A stretch of DNA of 64,000 nucleotides from NCBI RefSeq assembly GCF_902652985.1, contig NC_047018.1, positions 17,670,001 through 17,734,000 of the forward strand, in the 5' to 3' direction. A model generated the notes under the pieces. It saw only the letters and a list, made by a program, of their open reading frames with translations, made no database searches and was not told where the DNA came from. Position 1 is the stretch's first letter, and each line of letters starts with the position of its first letter. Shown here piece by piece: positions 25,760 through 39,333 of the stretch. A program made the translations under genes and the position numbers. The DNA is from Pecten maximus. Its lineage: Eukaryota.

Positions 25760-28700
25760 GCCGTCGAACTCATACTCTTTATAAAAACACGTATATGAGT
25801 TTCCTCCCTTCCCTTGCCTATAGTGATGTCGGTGATTATCTCCCTTTTCTCAATTACTTTAACATTCACATCAAATGACCCTAATACCTTATTTTCTTGT
25901 GATAGTATATACATGGAGGAGACCGGTTATACCATCTCCCTGTACAAAGATTTGTATTTTGTTTTATGCAACTATTATTTTGTTCTTTTTGTTCAATGTT
26001 ATTGTTCTTTGTAAGGATAAATGAGTATGAATGTACATGTACTAGATTTTATATGACTTGCTTTCTTTATTCCATTACTTCCAGCTTGAAGTTTTATCTT
26101 TTTGTAATTGAAATACTACTTACTATATCAGGTAACGCACATATCAATCCAGGTCCATCTCCAACCTCTACTGATAAAAAAAATACTCCTGTGATCTATC
26201 GATACTACACTTAAATGTTAGGTCTCTTCGGAACAAAATTGATCTAGTTGAAACTGAATTCTGTGATAATGATATATTGTGTCTAATTGAAACTCAGCGA
26301 AACTCTAATATATCAAATATTGATTTAAAAATAGATTCACATCCTAACTTATATCGTAGAGATAGGCAGTTACAACAAGGCGGTGGCATATTGATTTACA
26401 CTTAAAGTAATCTTTTTATCAATCGTAGAAATGATCTAGAAACCGAAAATATTGAACATATCATCTTAGAGATCAATACTTCAAATAAGAAATTCTCCTT
26501 TGTTGCTTGTATAGACCTCCCAATACACCAATAGAATATTGGAACAAATTTGATAAAACATTAGATAACCTCATCAATACTAATCATAATATTATAATTA
26601 CTGGTGATATCAATGTTGACCTACTAAAGATGAAAACTACTACTCATGTTTCTAGACTCCTAACTTAATATCAACTAAAAAGTCTAATACACTCCAACAC
26701 GAACTACAGATACTTCTCCTACATTGATAGATGTTTTTATTACCAACAATGTAAATAGCTTTAATTCAACACAGGTACTTTCTTCTCTTTGTAGTGATCA
26801 CTGTCCAATTCTAGCTAATATCTGTTTTAAAATTTTAAAAGCAAACCTTATAGAAAACATCTTCAGTGAAGCCAAATGGGATGATATAAACAATGAATTA
26901 CTAACTGTTGATTGGGATAATATTTTTAATATTACTAACAATATCAATGAACTATATGTTATTGTCTTAGATCAAATAAACTCTGCTACTAATACACATA
27001 TACCAAATAAACAAATTATTGTACATCCCGATGATAAACCATTGATGACAGGTAAAATAAGGCATAAATTGAGACAAAAACAAAACAACGGATTACATAG
27101 AATAGCTAAAGAAAAAAATAGAGAACAAGATTGGGCCAAATTCAGAATTTTTCGAAATGAGACCATTGGATTGATTAGGCAAACTAAGGATAATTACATG
27201 AAAAAGTTACAGAGTTCCCTTATTGATAAATCTACTAATCCTAGGAAATGGTGGCAAATAGCTAAAACTATGGGTAAACTTTCTAATAACAGCACTCAAT
27301 CCTATCCTCTGAAACATAACAATGAAATTCGTATCCATCCACAAGATAAAGCTGAAGCATTAAACAATTACTTTACTAATATTGCCTCTGATATTTTAGA
27401 CACTAACCTACTAGACTTACCTCCCTTGTCCCATATTGAAAGTCTGATATTAATATTACTGAGCAAGATATAATTGACCAATTCCACATTATTAATAAAA
27501 ATAAACCAAATTGGCCTGATGGTATCCTACCAATTATTGTAAAAGATATCTCGCCGCCTTAGTATATCCGCTCACATTGTTGTTGAATAAAACATTGTCT
27601 ATTGGTAAAATCCCAGATAATTTTAAAGTTGCTAATGTTACTGTACTCTATAAGGAAAGGGTAAAGCTAGTGATTTAAATAATTATCGGCCTATTGCAGT
27701 TACATCTATCTTCATTAAAATGTTAGAAAAGATTATTCTTAAATACACATATAATTATATTTCAAGTCATCATATGCTAAGTGAACATCAGTCAGGTTTC
27801 CGACCCACTGGCTCAAGAGTAAACCAACTAACCGATATATACAATACTATAAGTAGTACTTTAGACCAAGGTTAGGATTTACGCTTTGTTTTCTGTGACA
27901 TAAGTAAAGCTTTTGATCGAGTATTGCATTTAGGTCTGTTACAAAAATTAAAAACTTATGGAATTAAAGGTAGACTATATGATTGGTTCAATGCTTACTC
28001 ATCTGACAGAAAACAAAGAGTTGTCTGTCATTGGTTCCTTTTTATTTCTTCTTTTCATTAATGACATCACCAATAATATAACCTCTAATATAAAACTCTT
28101 TGCTGACGACACCTCCCTCTATGTAATAGTACATGATAATACCGACCTTGATACACCTACTAAAATGCTTAATGATGATTTAGCTAAGATTGGAACCGGG
28201 ACAAAGAGTAGCCTAGTTTGATTGTTTTTGAAATTTTAGACACAGGTAGCTCAATGTAGAGTACTCGGGCTTCATGTCCGAGGGATCCAGGTTCAATTCC
28301 TGGTCTGTGTGATCAAAATTTCAATTGAAATTTCTTTGAATTGAAATGAATTTCAGCTATGAATGATGGAATACTCTAAAATTTACCTTGAAAGACTTTC
28401 AATCCCCATTTGGTATTTTTCTTTGTTGCTTTGGCCTGTCGATTTTTCGCGATCTCTTGCAAACTATGTTCCTTGAGCTCTGGGAAAGCGTTTTGATTGT
28501 GTGCATGGAGTAGACAGTTGACAGTCATCTAATTTCTCGTTCATTTACCGTTTAGCTTTTTGAGAGGAAACGTCATCAGAAACAGATCCAAAAAATGGTA
28601 ATATTGCATCGAGTTCGGTATCTCCGATGGCTTTATAATCGATATTCTGTTCGATATCTAATCCTAAAATATCATCAGGATTGTCGCAAGCAGACGACGT

Positions 28701-29395
28701 CTAAAGTATTTCTACGTGTATTACGTGTTAAAAAATGAGGTAAATTTTGTCGGGCTATGAGGAAATAACCTTAATTTTCTAACCAATGAAAACGAATGTA
28801 ACATATGAAATAAAAGTATAAATAATTACACTCCATCATATCTTTTCAATATAATACAACCATTTCTAAATGTAAACAATATATATACCTTCCGAAATAA
28901 CAGTCCTTAATATACCTTAATCACGAACTGAAATCTATATCAAAAGCTTCTTTCCTGCAACTATGACTATGTGGAATGCACTTGATAGTTTCCTAAGGGA
29001 CTCAATTTCTTCTTTTAAGCGTAAACTAAAAGCAACTAATGATATAACTGTATCTGATTTTTTTTTTATTAATTCCGTTCCGAGAAAATTAAATATAATT
29101 TTATGCCAGCTTAGAAACTTTAAAAGTGATCTTAATTATGATAGGTTCCAAGATCACCTGATTGATAATGCTTCCTGTCCATGTGGTGCTCCTAAAGAGG
29201 ATACAGTGCATTTTTTCTTTCAATGTTCTTTATATTCCAATTCAAGACATCATATTACATCCATTTATACTTTGTTAGGTTATGTAAATCTTCACTGTTT
29301 AGTATCTGGTATCCGCAATGCATCTGATCATTTAAATAATTCTAGTCTTTATCATGTTAATCTATATATTAAATCTTCAAAGCGTTTTTCTGTGT
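25760..29395 (+). mobile_element. Near full-length ORF2 of a CR1/L2-group LINE, decayed (APE endonuclease, RT, C-terminal Cys/His motif); 28205-28820 is replaced by unrelated sequence
   Basis: NPGP leader, HLNVRSLRNK, YRRDR..GGGILIY, TGDINVD, SDHCPI, NYRPIAVTS, QSGFRP, FCDISKAFDRV, LFADDT, CPCGAPKEDTVHFFFQC. Many stops and frameshifts. Confidence 0.9.
28240..28310 (+). other. tRNA-like (Pol III A/B box) sequence, probably a repeat-borne tRNA derivative rather than a functional tRNA
   Basis: ACACAG/CTGTGT acceptor-like stem, TAGCTCAATGTAGAG D-arm, CTCGG..CCGAG stem, GGTTCAATTCC B box. Confidence 0.5.
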
Positions 29396-29419
29396 ATAGT
29401 GCTAAAGATGGTATTTTAA

Positions 29420-30435
29420 GAGTCATCTATATAGCAGAATAGTGTTGAATTTCAAACACGAATAAATACCTTAAGATTTGCACAAAAAATGTCATGTAAT
29501 ATACCAAAATGTTTGTTTGGACATGTAGCTTCTTACAATCACCAATAATATGCTATAGATGCTACCAGTTTCTTCTGTAGAGTAACTTTGTGGTAAGATT
29601 TGGCATGGAATAATTCTAAGTCACGCAAATGATCAAACCTGAAAAATAGCCATGCTGTTATGTTCACAAGTGTCTATAGCACAGGGTAGGAGCATTTGTT
29701 TGACCGGATTTTACTGTATGTACGTATAAACACTTATTTTTTTTTGACCTTGAAATGCAAATGGCAGCTGAGAATAATATTACACAAATATGCCTTAAAG
29801 GGGGCATTTCAGTTAATAACAAAACTCCTATATCGTACTTTTAAGACATCTCATCATAGTAACATGAATATTTGAATGTCAATTTGTTAAAATGGTGAGT
29901 TTACAGCCTTTTTCAGAAATAGGCATATTTTACCCCAAACTCAACGGTTGAACATTTTTTCATAAAAGTAGTCTTCTTGCCACTTCAAGAATACTTTATA
30001 TTGTCTAATAAGAGCATTTTTGATGTTTTAAATACCTCCTTATATGCCATATTTGTGTGATATCATTCACGACCGCCATTTGCAATTCAAGGTCAAAATG
30101 AAAACAGCGTTTATACATATAATAACGTCAAAGCTGGTCAAACCAATGCTCCTATTTTGTGCTTTAGACACTTGTGAGCAAAACAACAAGGCAAGTTTGT
30201 GTAATATGTGGGATACAAATGAGTTAATTATTTCCCCCTGAAACATGCATTTTTCTTACGTTTTGTTGAAATTTACAAACAGCTGAACAAATTACATGTC
30301 AACAGCAAGACCCAGGGTTTGCCATGATACATACTAAAAGTTCATCATGTTACTTCTGTGACATTGCACCATAATAGGGATTTATAGGCCTGTAAAATAT
30401 CAATGTTTTGACTGGATTTGCTGTTTAGATGCCCC
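29420..30435. mobile_element. Non-autonomous Kolobok-like DNA element, copy 2
   Basis: TTAA at 29416-29419 and 30436-30439. Termini GAGTCATCTA...TAGATGCCCC. Confidence 0.75.
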
Positions 30436-31149
30436 TTAAGTTATATCCACAGCCAGTAAGACGCTTCAAAGATTAAACTGTCATTAATCAGACATTTCAT
30501 ATTTTTTGTAAATCTATCCACTGCTGAACCGTACACCAGGGGCATAACGGAGGGATCACACATCAAAATGCTGACCATTATTGACGTTACATATAACTTT
30601 CAAAGTGGACACGACACAACCGCCCTGAAATGCTTATATCAAAAACAAAATGAAAGAAAGACAACTCGTGATAGCTGAGTGATGTCTTTCAATTGTATGC
30701 CATTAAATCTACACAAAACATGATTTATCAGGTAGCGAAAATTACAAATTTTAATTTGATATGAATAACACATCATTCATTTTAAACATCATATGAGCGA
30801 TTTAGGGGATGAAGTGACAAGTTATTTAGTGTGCGAGTCCTAAATCGAAAGAAAATTGTTATTGACAATGGCTGATAAAAGAATCATAATTTTATGGAAA
30901 CCTAATTCCTGAGCTTTCCTTATAGCTTAAAAAACTACCAAAAATATCAGATAATGGTCAAAACTGTAATTGTGAAAGAAATTTTCAGATTGTTGATAAA
31001 ATATATATCATCGCCTTTTTCAAGAATTATGTATAGACGATATTATTTCCCTTTCAGATTCGCATTCAGAATGATATCTGATTTATTTCCTTAATTTAAA
31101 TATACAAGGTTCATCTTTACACAAACAGTATACGGAATAATGCGTACGA

Positions 31150-31600
31150 GTTTTGTTGCAAGGCTTCAAGACCGACAGGTCTCTTTGTCAAGCTCTGACT
31201 CACTGTGTGAGCGGAAATCATGTTTACCTTTACGTCTATGTAACGCAATGGTAACTATTCATTATCGCTCGATGATTGGGACATTTCTTCTACCGACATG
31301 TAGAGTATATAAACGCTGTATCATATAGACTACTGATCGAATAAAGAAATATTCCCTGTCCCACTTGGGTCAGTAATGGGTCGTAAAGGTGACTTAACTG
31401 GTGGGCCCCCTCATCTCTGTTCATGTTTTTGGTTTTCCAGATTTTGATGGCTTCTTTGATTTGTCTGGCTTTTGCAGCTTGTTCTTTTTCCACTATTTTG
31501 ACATTTTCCGAATCAATGACGTGGTTATGGGTGTAAGCAGGTCTGTTAATGCCGATTTATTGTACTGTATTGGAGATGTTTTTCGTGTGAACTAAAGTTA
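31150..31600 (-). mobile_element. Penelope-like element 3' fragment (C-terminal half of the GIY-YIG endonuclease)
   Basis: KSALTD, HNHVIDSENVKIVEKEQAAKARQIKEAIKIWKTKNMNRDEGAHQLSHLYDPLL. Confidence 0.8.
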
Positions 31601-32645
31601 TTCTGGTCTTAATCCAAAATTCGTTGACTATTGTTATCGGACACCCACTGTGCTCACAATACTAGGTGTTCAGTCAGCTATGAAAAGCATCACACTGACT
31701 GTACTGTGTGACTAATTTACACACTGTTCTTGTAGAATCATTAGAATTAATTACATGATAAACTGTCCATGACCAATTCAAATGTCAATAGTCTGTTCAC
31801 TTGTATGAATGACTGAAATAATTTAATCCTATGATGATTGAAGCAATAGTTTTAATGCATTGTTTTCAACTGTACATTCATTATGTATGTGGCTACACGT
31901 GAGTTCTCTATAAAGATAACTTGCATATACATTTGTATATATACACTAAACCAAAAGCCATATCTCTTCATTTGATGAGCGATCTTTCTCCATTCTATGC
32001 GCGAAAACCCGTCCGCGTTAGCATTGTTCGAACCTTTCCTATACAGCTAAAGCCCATTGCATAATTTTTTTTTTATTTTGGTTTTCTCGGGCCAAACTAA
32101 AGGGTCGGGATCAGTCTCCACCTTGATTTGCACACCCTTTAAGTAATACCCGAATGTTACATGTACAACGTTGGTTTGTATTTCGGCCTCACCTGTAATG
32201 ACCTTCCCACTGATTGCTCGTTAACAATTCGTTCAATACAGCCTTCAAGCTTGAGTGGCATTAAACACTTCCATTTTGTCATTTGCCTGTGGATGATAGG
32301 GTGATGTAGTAATCCCCTTGATGCCCGTAACTTCGTACAGCTGTTTCCACAGTTCAGAGGTAAAACGTTTTACCCTGGTCCGTTATAATCACTTTTTGAA
32401 ATCAAACACACGAGAACATCTCAGTCAGTGTGTCGGCCACACCCCTGAGTGCAAACGCCTCTAGGTATCGCTTTTTAACTCTTATCACAAATACTACAGT
32501 ACTTGGTTACATATTAATACATCTGATCAATAGAATGAAGCTAAAACACGCTCCTTCGTTTTTTCCAAACTCAAGTGACCAACAAGTGCTCTCTTGTGAG
32601 TCAACTCGATTACCCTTTTGCCTTAACATTACATTACTGTGCATT

Positions 32646-32785
32646 TAAGGATTTTTCCTCATTTTGACCGCGTATACGGTTGTATGCCTGCAGTTGGCAA
32701 CGAATATTGCCTATGGTTAGTGCGTCAGCGTTGCCAACTGCGGGCATACTACCGTTAACACAGTCAAAATGAGGTAAAATCCTTA
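32646..32785. repeat. Short foldback/MITE-like inverted repeat with ~55-bp arms
   Basis: taaggatttttcctcattttgac...gcagttggcaacg / cgttgccaactgc...gtcaaaatgaggtaaaatcctta. Confidence 0.8.
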
Positions 32786-33661
32786 TCTTTATATCAAATA
32801 AATCGTTTTAATACAGTAAGAAGAAAAGAAAATGCAAGGTGTGTTGCGACGTTGACAACTATAGCAGCCGTGGTTGCTAAGATAGTATCGTTCCAGTGAA
32901 TCTACGTAAAGACACCAGTATTGTTAACAAAATTTAAAAAATTATTCAACATTTCTGTTTACTACGTTAAATGTTTTTGATTAATTGATATTAAATAATC
33001 CACAATAATTTCCGTCTCAGATTAACCATGGTTGTCAATCACAGCGTTAGTGGTGACGTGGTGACGTGGTCAAATTTGTATGCTTCAGTCATTTCTTGTC
33101 AGCTTACCTCGTTGAGGAGTTAACTATGTACCAATTTCCGCAATATTCAGTTTAGCTTTTGACAAAATACTCACTTGACGTTAGGTTTTTATGAAGAGAT
33201 AACCGGTAACAGGGGAAAATGCTAAAATTGTGTTGACAGTCCTTTCACAATAGGGCCGTCTAAGTTGACGTTCCGGTAACCTCACAAATAGATGACGTCA
33301 TAATTATGTTACCCATTCCCGCGCTTATTGATCCAATGAGCATTTTTTCACTGCGTATTTGCTAATTTATAAACAGTCAGAGTTTACTAATCTGAAAAAA
33401 GGGAGAGATGTAAATATGTATAATTACACTGCAGTACATATAAAACAAATTTTATAGTCTTCTTCGGATTAAGCTTAGAGTCGGTTTAACTCGTAAAATC
33501 ACAAGAGAGGAAGGTGAATCGTTCCGCCTTAGTTAATCTAATATATAAATTATATCCACATTTCTTTTCAGCATTAAATGCTTTAAGGAATACAAAACGA
33601 TAGTTTTTAATGCATCTGTATTTGTGTATGTATTGACATTGTCGCGAAATGGAATGTATGG

Positions 33662-35496
33662 CAGTGGCGTAGGAAGCGGGGGGGCAGGGGGGGCAAGTTT
33701 GAGAGTTAAAGAATCAACTATTGTGATACTCTCAAAATTACCTTTACTCTTTATGTTTCAGGTGGCAAATCATGAACTTATCAGTCCGCGGACAAATTAA
33801 CTTTATAACTAGAATAAATGAACACCCGTCTTTTATGCTGACACAGTACGAATAAAAATGCATCCCTCTTGTCAAAAAATTGTCTAACATGTAACTTATT
33901 AACGCCTAGCAAGGAATATAACAATGACATCGCCTTGCAATGATTGTTTATGGATACCCTAAACACGTTTCAACAGTGGGAAACGCTCCTGTTATTCTGA
34001 ACATCATCCTAAAGTCTACCAAAGCTTATATATAATCAGAATCATTTGAACTTAGTTGGACCTAGCTAAGGATATTCAACTTCAATACTCACACAGCGAT
34101 AATCCAGGTCGTCCAACTGCGAAAAGCAGACCGATGAAAAATATACCCCTTGCCATCAGGAATACATACGGAAGACTGTCTGCCGAGTTTTGTTACTGTA
34201 TAAATGACCGCCAAGTATCATTGCGTCAACAGGAAGAGATAAATTTCATTTGGAGTCAAACTTATCTTATATATATGTATATATATTCCTACAGTTGATG
34301 TAATTACACTGTTACTACATTGTACATATAAACTAATGTCAACAGATCATGCCCTTACACTGACAGTTAATATAACTGTCAGTGGCGTAGGAAGCGGGGG
34401 GGCAGGGGGGGCAATTGCCCCCCCACTTTTTACAGTGGGGGGGCAAACATGTCTTTTTGCCCCCCCACTTTTTGACATCCAAAATCTAAAAAAAGGGGAA
34501 AAAACACGAATTTATATATTCATTTCGATAAATATCTGTATATTTTCGAACCGATAATGTTTTCTTGAAGGCAACGATAAAAACTTTATCTTGTACATCC
34601 GGAACATTCCGACTTTTATACTAGTATACCAATCCTCAGACCTGTGTGTCGGTCGTCTGCACTAGCCTGGTAAGTCAATATTTATATCTTAATACGAAAT
34701 TTTGCTTAACTTAATCACATAGTTTCAATAAGTTGATGATAATTTGTGAAGTTAATTGAGTTCATAATGAGAACAAGACAGAAACACAACATAAATAAGA
34801 ATGCGCGGTTTTAACGTGAATCGAGTGATACTATTTACCAACAGGTACGAGGAAATACAAAAAAAAATCGGCTCGCGCCTACGGCGCTCGCTTTATCACT
34901 AAATTACTGCCCCCCCCCCCTTTCGATTGCAGATCCACAGGGGGACTTTGCCACCCTGGTACCCGCTTGGCGACCCCCAAACCTCTCGCAAAAAGGGGAA
35001 AAAAATCGGATCGCGCCTACGGCGCTCGCATGATTACTTAATTACTGGACCCCCTTTCGAAAACTCTGGATCCGCGCCTGATCCCGAATTATTGGAAATG
35101 TGCTATATTTCATTTTCCGCGAAGGGCTTAGACCCCCTTGAACCCCCTATCAGGGCGCTGCCCTGGACCCGCTGGGCGGCCCCTCAGACCCCTCGTTGAA
35201 AAAAAAAATAAAATAAAATCGGCTCGCGCCTACGGCGCTCGCATTATTACTTAACTACTGGAAATTTCGAAAATCCTGGCCGGGCCTGGTGATTCATGTT
35301 TTGCCATAAATAATATATCCTGATTTGCGTAAATAACTTATTTTGTACTACATAAATTATCAAAATTATCATGGGATGTTGAAATGATAATTATTGGCTA
35401 ATTTTGCGGAGATGGCATACGATTTGTTTAGTGCGTAAAATTTAAGGTTAAAAAAAATTTTGCCCCCCCACTTTTTGACGACTTCCTACGCCACTG
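33662..35496 (+). mobile_element. Composite DNA-transposon insertion: 35-bp terminus + 683 bp captured flank + full 1.1-kb non-autonomous hAT-like element (34380-35496)
   Basis: TIR CAGTGGCGTAGGAAG at 33662 and 34380, and inverted ending at 35496. TATGG on both sides (33657-33661, 35497-35501). 33697-35496 is the reverse complement of 36845-38643. Confidence 0.8.
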
Positions 35497-36544
35497 TATG
35501 GTACGTTAAGTTCGACTTAGCAGCGACGTCGGTAATCCCGGCTTTACTGGTTGAATTGCTTACATACTATGTTAAAATATAGTCACTGCAGTGCAGATGA
35601 AAATATATTTTGTGAATATCCACATATGAAAAATCCCAATGTGTTAACAGCCCACTTCCGTCCGTGTTATGTGTTGTATCTGACCGTGTTTATTACATTT
35701 CCTGTTCATCGGACTTATCCCATCCCACTCACTACGTTTCTTAATGGTCATCGAGTATAATTGTTTTATGGAAGAAAGTTTAGTATCATTCATTTTACAT
35801 CATATATATATACCGCATATAATATTTCATAAACACAAAACAAAGAAAATTACCTAGTAGACGTTGTAAAAAATATATATAGATTGATTAACTTTAGGAG
35901 CATTATAGTTCTTCTACATGCAGGACAAGCAACTGGATTAAAAAATATACTATTTTTTTTAATGAAGATTAAAACAGCAGCCTGTGGACTAACAACTGCT
36001 GTTGGTACAGGAGGTCAAATTGAGGTAATCCGCCGATGTTTTATAGCACTCGGCCTTTGGCCTCGTTCAATAGAACATCGGTCGTACTATGGTACCTCGT
36101 GTCAAATATTCTGGACTATTGCACAGACACTTATGATATATTGGCCTCAGACCACAATTAATTTCCCTATTTCTTATACCAATGTAAAATGATTATTTAT
36201 AACTATTCAAGCTGAAAGTACTTCATGACCTGCATTTAAGAAATATATTTTTGTTTAAATGTTACCACCCCCCTATATTATGGGAAAATCCGGAAAATTA
36301 CAAAATATCACTACTCCGGCCTTATAACACCTTGTGTCCCTGCACAAACAAACATGGAAATGGTGTCAAAACAAAATTCTCTAACTAAAATAGATATTGA
36401 ACTACAAATATATGTTTAAATTATGCACATATCTGCAATAGCTAAGTCAGAAAAAAATATTTAGTAACATACCTCAAATTTACTTTTGCACTACATTCGT
36501 GTACAACGACCCGGAAGTATAATTGTGGTCTGAGGCCAGTATTT

Positions 36545-36844
36545 GTATAATATTAACTGTCAAGGTAATGTCATAATATGTTTTAATACTTTATATAGTA
36601 ACTATTTTATATCAAGTTATATCAACTGTCAGGGTAACGGCATAATATGTTGCCAATAGTTTATATAGTAACTGTTTATATCAAGTTATATTAACTGTCA
36701 GGGTAAAGTCATAATCTGTTTTAATAGTTTATATGGTAACTACATTCTGTATTTTGTATCCAGTTATATTAACAGTCAGGGTAAGGGCATGATCTGTTTT
36801 AATAGTTGATATGGTAACTACATTCTGTATTTTATATCCAGTTA
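36545..36844. repeat. Tandem repeat, ~70-78-bp unit, continuing after the transposon at 37961-38030
   Basis: atattaactgtcagggtaa..cataat.tgttttaatagtttatat repeated. Confidence 0.8.
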
Positions 36845-37960
36845 CAGTGGCGTAGGAAGTCGTCAAAAAGTGGGGGGGGCAAAATTTTTTTTAACCTTAA
36901 ATTTTACGCACTAAACAAATCGTATGCCATCTCCGCAAAATTAGCCAATAATTATCATTTCAACATCCCATGATAATTTTGATAATTTATGTAGTACAAA
37001 ATAAGTTATTTACGCAAATCAGGATATATTATTTATGGCAAAACATGAATCACCAGGCCCGGCCAGGATTTTCGAAATTTCCAGTAGTTTAGTAATAATG
37101 CGAGCGCCGTAGGCGCGAGCCGATTTTATTTTATTTTTTTTTCAACGAGGGGTCTGAGGGGCCGCCCAGCGGGTCCAGGGCAGCGCCCTGATAGGGGGTT
37201 CAAGGGGGTCTAAGCCCTTCGCGGAAAATGAAATATAGCACATTTCCAATAATTCGGGATCAGGCGCGGATCCAGAGTTTTCGAAAGGGGGTCCAGTAAT
37301 TAAGTAATCATGCGAGCGCCGTAGGCGCGATCCGATTTTTTTCCCCTTTTTGCGAGAGGTTTGGGGGTCGCCAAGCGGGTACCAGGGTGGCAAAGTCCCC
37401 CTGTGGATCTGCAATCGAAAGGGGGGGGGGCAGTAATTTAGTGATAAAGCGAGCGCCGTAGGCGCGAGCCGATTTTTTTTTGTATTTCCTCGTACCTGTT
37501 GGTAAATAGTATCACTCGATTCACGTTAAAACCGCGCATTCTTATTTATGTTGTGTTTCTGTCTTGTTCTCATTATGAACTCAATTAACTTCACAAATTA
37601 TCATCAACTTATTGAAACTATGTGATTAAGTTAAGCAAAATTTCGTATTAAGATATAAATATTGACTTACCAGGCTAGTGCAGACGACCGACACACAGGT
37701 CTGAGGATTGGTATACTAGTATAAAAGTCGGAATGTTCCGGATGTACAAGATAAAGTTTTTATCGTTGCCTTCAAGAAAACATTATCGGTTCGAAAATAT
37801 ACAGATATTTATCGAAATGAATATATAAATTCGTGTTTTTTCCCCTTTTTTTAGATTTTGGATGTCAAAAAGTGGGGGGGCAAAAAGACATGTTTGCCCC
37901 CCCACTGTAAAAAGTGGGGGGGCAATTGCCCCCCCTGCCCCCCCGCTTCCTACGCCACTG
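36845..37960 (-). mobile_element. Non-autonomous hAT-like DNA transposon; putative donor copy
   Basis: 15-bp TIR CAGTGGCGTAGGAAG/CTTCCTACGCCACTG. Three internal gcgagcgccgtaggcgcga repeats. Inserted in a tandem array; TSD is ambiguous (ccagtta/acagtta). Confidence 0.85.
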
Positions 37961-39333
37961 ACAGTTATATTAACTGTCAGTGTAAGGGCATGATCTGTTG
38001 ACATTAGTTTATATGTACAATGTAGTAACAGTGTAATTACATCAACTGTAGGAATATATATACATATATATAAGATAAGTTTGACTCCAAATGAAATTTA
38101 TCTCTTCCTGTTGACGCAATGATACTTGGCGGTCATTTATACAGTAACAAAACTCGGCAGACAGTCTTCCGTATGTATTCCTGATGGCAAGGGGTATATT
38201 TTTCATCGGTCTGCTTTTCGCAGTTGGACGACCTGGATTATCGCTGTGTGAGTATTGAAGTTGAATATCCTTAGCTAGGTCCAACTAAGTTCAAATGATT
38301 CTGATTATATATAAGCTTTGGTAGACTTTAGGATGATGTTCAGAATAACAGGAGCGTTTCCCACTGTTGAAACGTGTTTAGGGTATCCATAAACAATCAT
38401 TGCAAGGCGATGTCATTGTTATATTCCTTGCTAGGCGTTAATAAGTTACATGTTAGACAATTTTTTGACAAGAGGGATGCATTTTTATTCGTACTGTGTC
38501 AGCATAAAAGACGGGTGTTCATTTATTCTAGTTATAAAGTTAATTTGTCCGCGGACTGATAAGTTCATGATTTGCCACCTGAAACATAAAGAGTAAAGAT
38601 TATTTTGAGAGTATCACAATAGTTGATTCTTTAACTCTCAAACAATGGGAACCTAATAGAACATTCCCAAATTTAAACTTAGTGAAAAGATATCTTCCTT
38701 TATTCGCTAACCCGACCAGGTTGTCCAAGAGCGTAACCGTCTTCTGTTCCCCCCCAAAAAATGCGCTACGTTAATCTAGATCAAATCCAAATACTAGTAC
38801 TGGCGACCTCTTTAACTGATTCTAAAATGATGGAAATGAAGACTTTTTCTTCATATTTTATGAGAATATGAAAAATGTTTCAAACATGTTGTTAATACCA
38901 TATAACTTACTTATCCATGTGTATCATTGACTATGGTGTACGTTTGTCTGTCCCACATATCAAATCAAATCATATTAAATGAATGCCACAGTTAGGGGAA
39001 GCAGGCTTGCTACTATATACCCCCTCAACCATTTATATGTATTCCATCCCTGTAAAAACTTACTTAGTATATCTATATTTCTCGGAATTGAGTCTGAATA
39101 GCGTACTTGCAAAGGCAGTATGATATATGAATGTATAAGGATTCGGTGGAACTCTTTAACTCTGTCGGTCCCCAGAAAATATCGGGAAAGGTCATCACCG
39201 CCGGAAGTGATGCCCTTTAAGAGAATACAAAACTGGAGCTTGTAGGGTTTTTTTAAGGTGAAAATGGATATATGCATATTGTTAAAAACTTAATGATTTA
39301 ACGTTTTAAAACTAGTATCTGTTTTAAACAACT

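Noticed and set aside
34056-35199. Duplicated small ORFs mirrored at 37142-38559
   Set aside because: A by-product of the inverted duplication of non-coding DNA.
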